This document shows, in pieces, positions 63,240 to 64,000 of a DNA stretch of 64,000 nt (position 1 is the first letter of the stretch; each line of letters opens with the position of its first letter). This DNA comes from Nitrosopumilaceae archaeon (GTDB taxonomy: Archaea > Thermoproteota > Nitrososphaeria > Nitrososphaerales > Nitrosopumilaceae). The position numbers were made by a program, and so were the translations under genes. A model generated the notes under the pieces. That model made no database searches and had not been told where the DNA came from. It saw only the letters and a list, made by a program, of their open reading frames with translations. The DNA is taken from contig CBDATR010000024.1 of the NCBI GenBank assembly GCA_965200155.1, positions 192,001-256,000 on the forward strand. The letters are read 5' to 3'.

Positions 63240-63279
63240 CTGTAGTTTACTGTGCCGGAGTTGAACTTGCCTGCTTATG

Positions 63280-64000
63280 TATAGATCCCACCATAGTCTT
63301 TGCAGGGTATAGGACCGTACTTTTATAGAACCACTACTAGAGTAGAATCCCCATATGATGGATGACATAACCCGGACCGTCATTATACCGTTGAAGAACA
63401 ATAAGGAATTCTCCCGGCGCGCAAAGATATTTGATCACACGTCCGATTATATCCATAACAGAGCGGTGTCCGAGATCAGCCTCGGCGGTTACTACATACC
63501 CAGAACCACTCTTGAATTGAAGCATGATCCGGCCAAGGTCAAAAACGGTTCAAGATCACCATACGGCCTAAAGAAGGGCGATCCACTCTACGTGAATCAG
63601 CTACCGCGTTCTAGAACGGTTATAAAAATGGCTTGTTCCTAGAATGTAACCGTTTAGGTCACCCCCGGGCAACTGTTCAAAACACACCGCTAACATGTCC
63701 GATCTTACTTTTTCTATCATGCTGCCTTACATATGTCCACGAATTTACCATCTAGGTGTTGATCTTTAACTCGACCTAAACGGTTACCCTAGAATTGACA
63801 AAGTGGTGCGCAGAATACGATTGGTTGCGCCAGTTACCAGCTAACTATGGCCGGGTACAATACTACAGGCGTCTGTCGCGTGGAGACGCACGTACGAGGA
63901 TTGTTCTGATTATATTCCGCACCGGCGCGACAATGAAAGAATCATACTGTCTTGTGTTGCGCCACCAATTAGACGTGGTGAGTTCGAGTTAGGCTTGTGC
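63280..64000 (+). pseudogene. tnpB: Left part of another TIR-bounded tnpB element, running off the window
   Basis: Aligns with about 17086-17670; RTVIIPLK...NRAV, LTKW...WLRQL. Confidence 0.8.
63646..63787. mobile_element. MITE family B, 142 bp, nested in tnpB
   Basis: Perfect 15-bp TIR GTAACCGTTTAGGTC; TSD CCTAGAAT; empty site near 17470. Confidence 0.93.

Noticed and set aside
1-64000. cas genes, tRNA or rRNA genes, reverse transcriptase
   Set aside because: None recognised by eye; covariance-model and HMM scans would be needed to exclude small or divergent ones.

Overview
Archaeal DNA from an ammonia-oxidising thaumarchaeote (Nitrosopumilaceae-like gene content; a host-associated lineage is an inference from the heavy IS load). 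Housekeeping genes include mqnD (partial), rlmE, trm1, a Grs-like radical SAM protein, apt, mtnP, nadM, a LivK/H/M-type transporter, ilvD, trpEGDCBA, htrA, two GT2 enzymes and radA. Roughly a fifth of the window is mobile DNA: six decayed IS481-like copies, a TIR-bounded TnpB element and its fragments, one intact IS66 with 11 matching MITEs, two other MITE families and an IS5 relic. Main unexplained signals: (1) three unrelated sites, all inside dead IS481 copies, where exactly 37 bp of host sequence is duplicated around unique 35-38 bp inserts, including a 3-repeat/2-spacer array; this is the geometry of CRISPR spacer acquisition acting off-array, and no cas genes are in the window. (2) A family of 21-25 bp hairpin insertions with 3-bp C(A/G)A duplications and variable stems. 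(3) A Type ISP restriction-modification gene with a 7-bp microsatellite frameshift switch and four alternative TRD cassettes. (4) TnpB carried between IS630-like TA-flanked TIRs. All coordinates were read by hand and no database searches were run.
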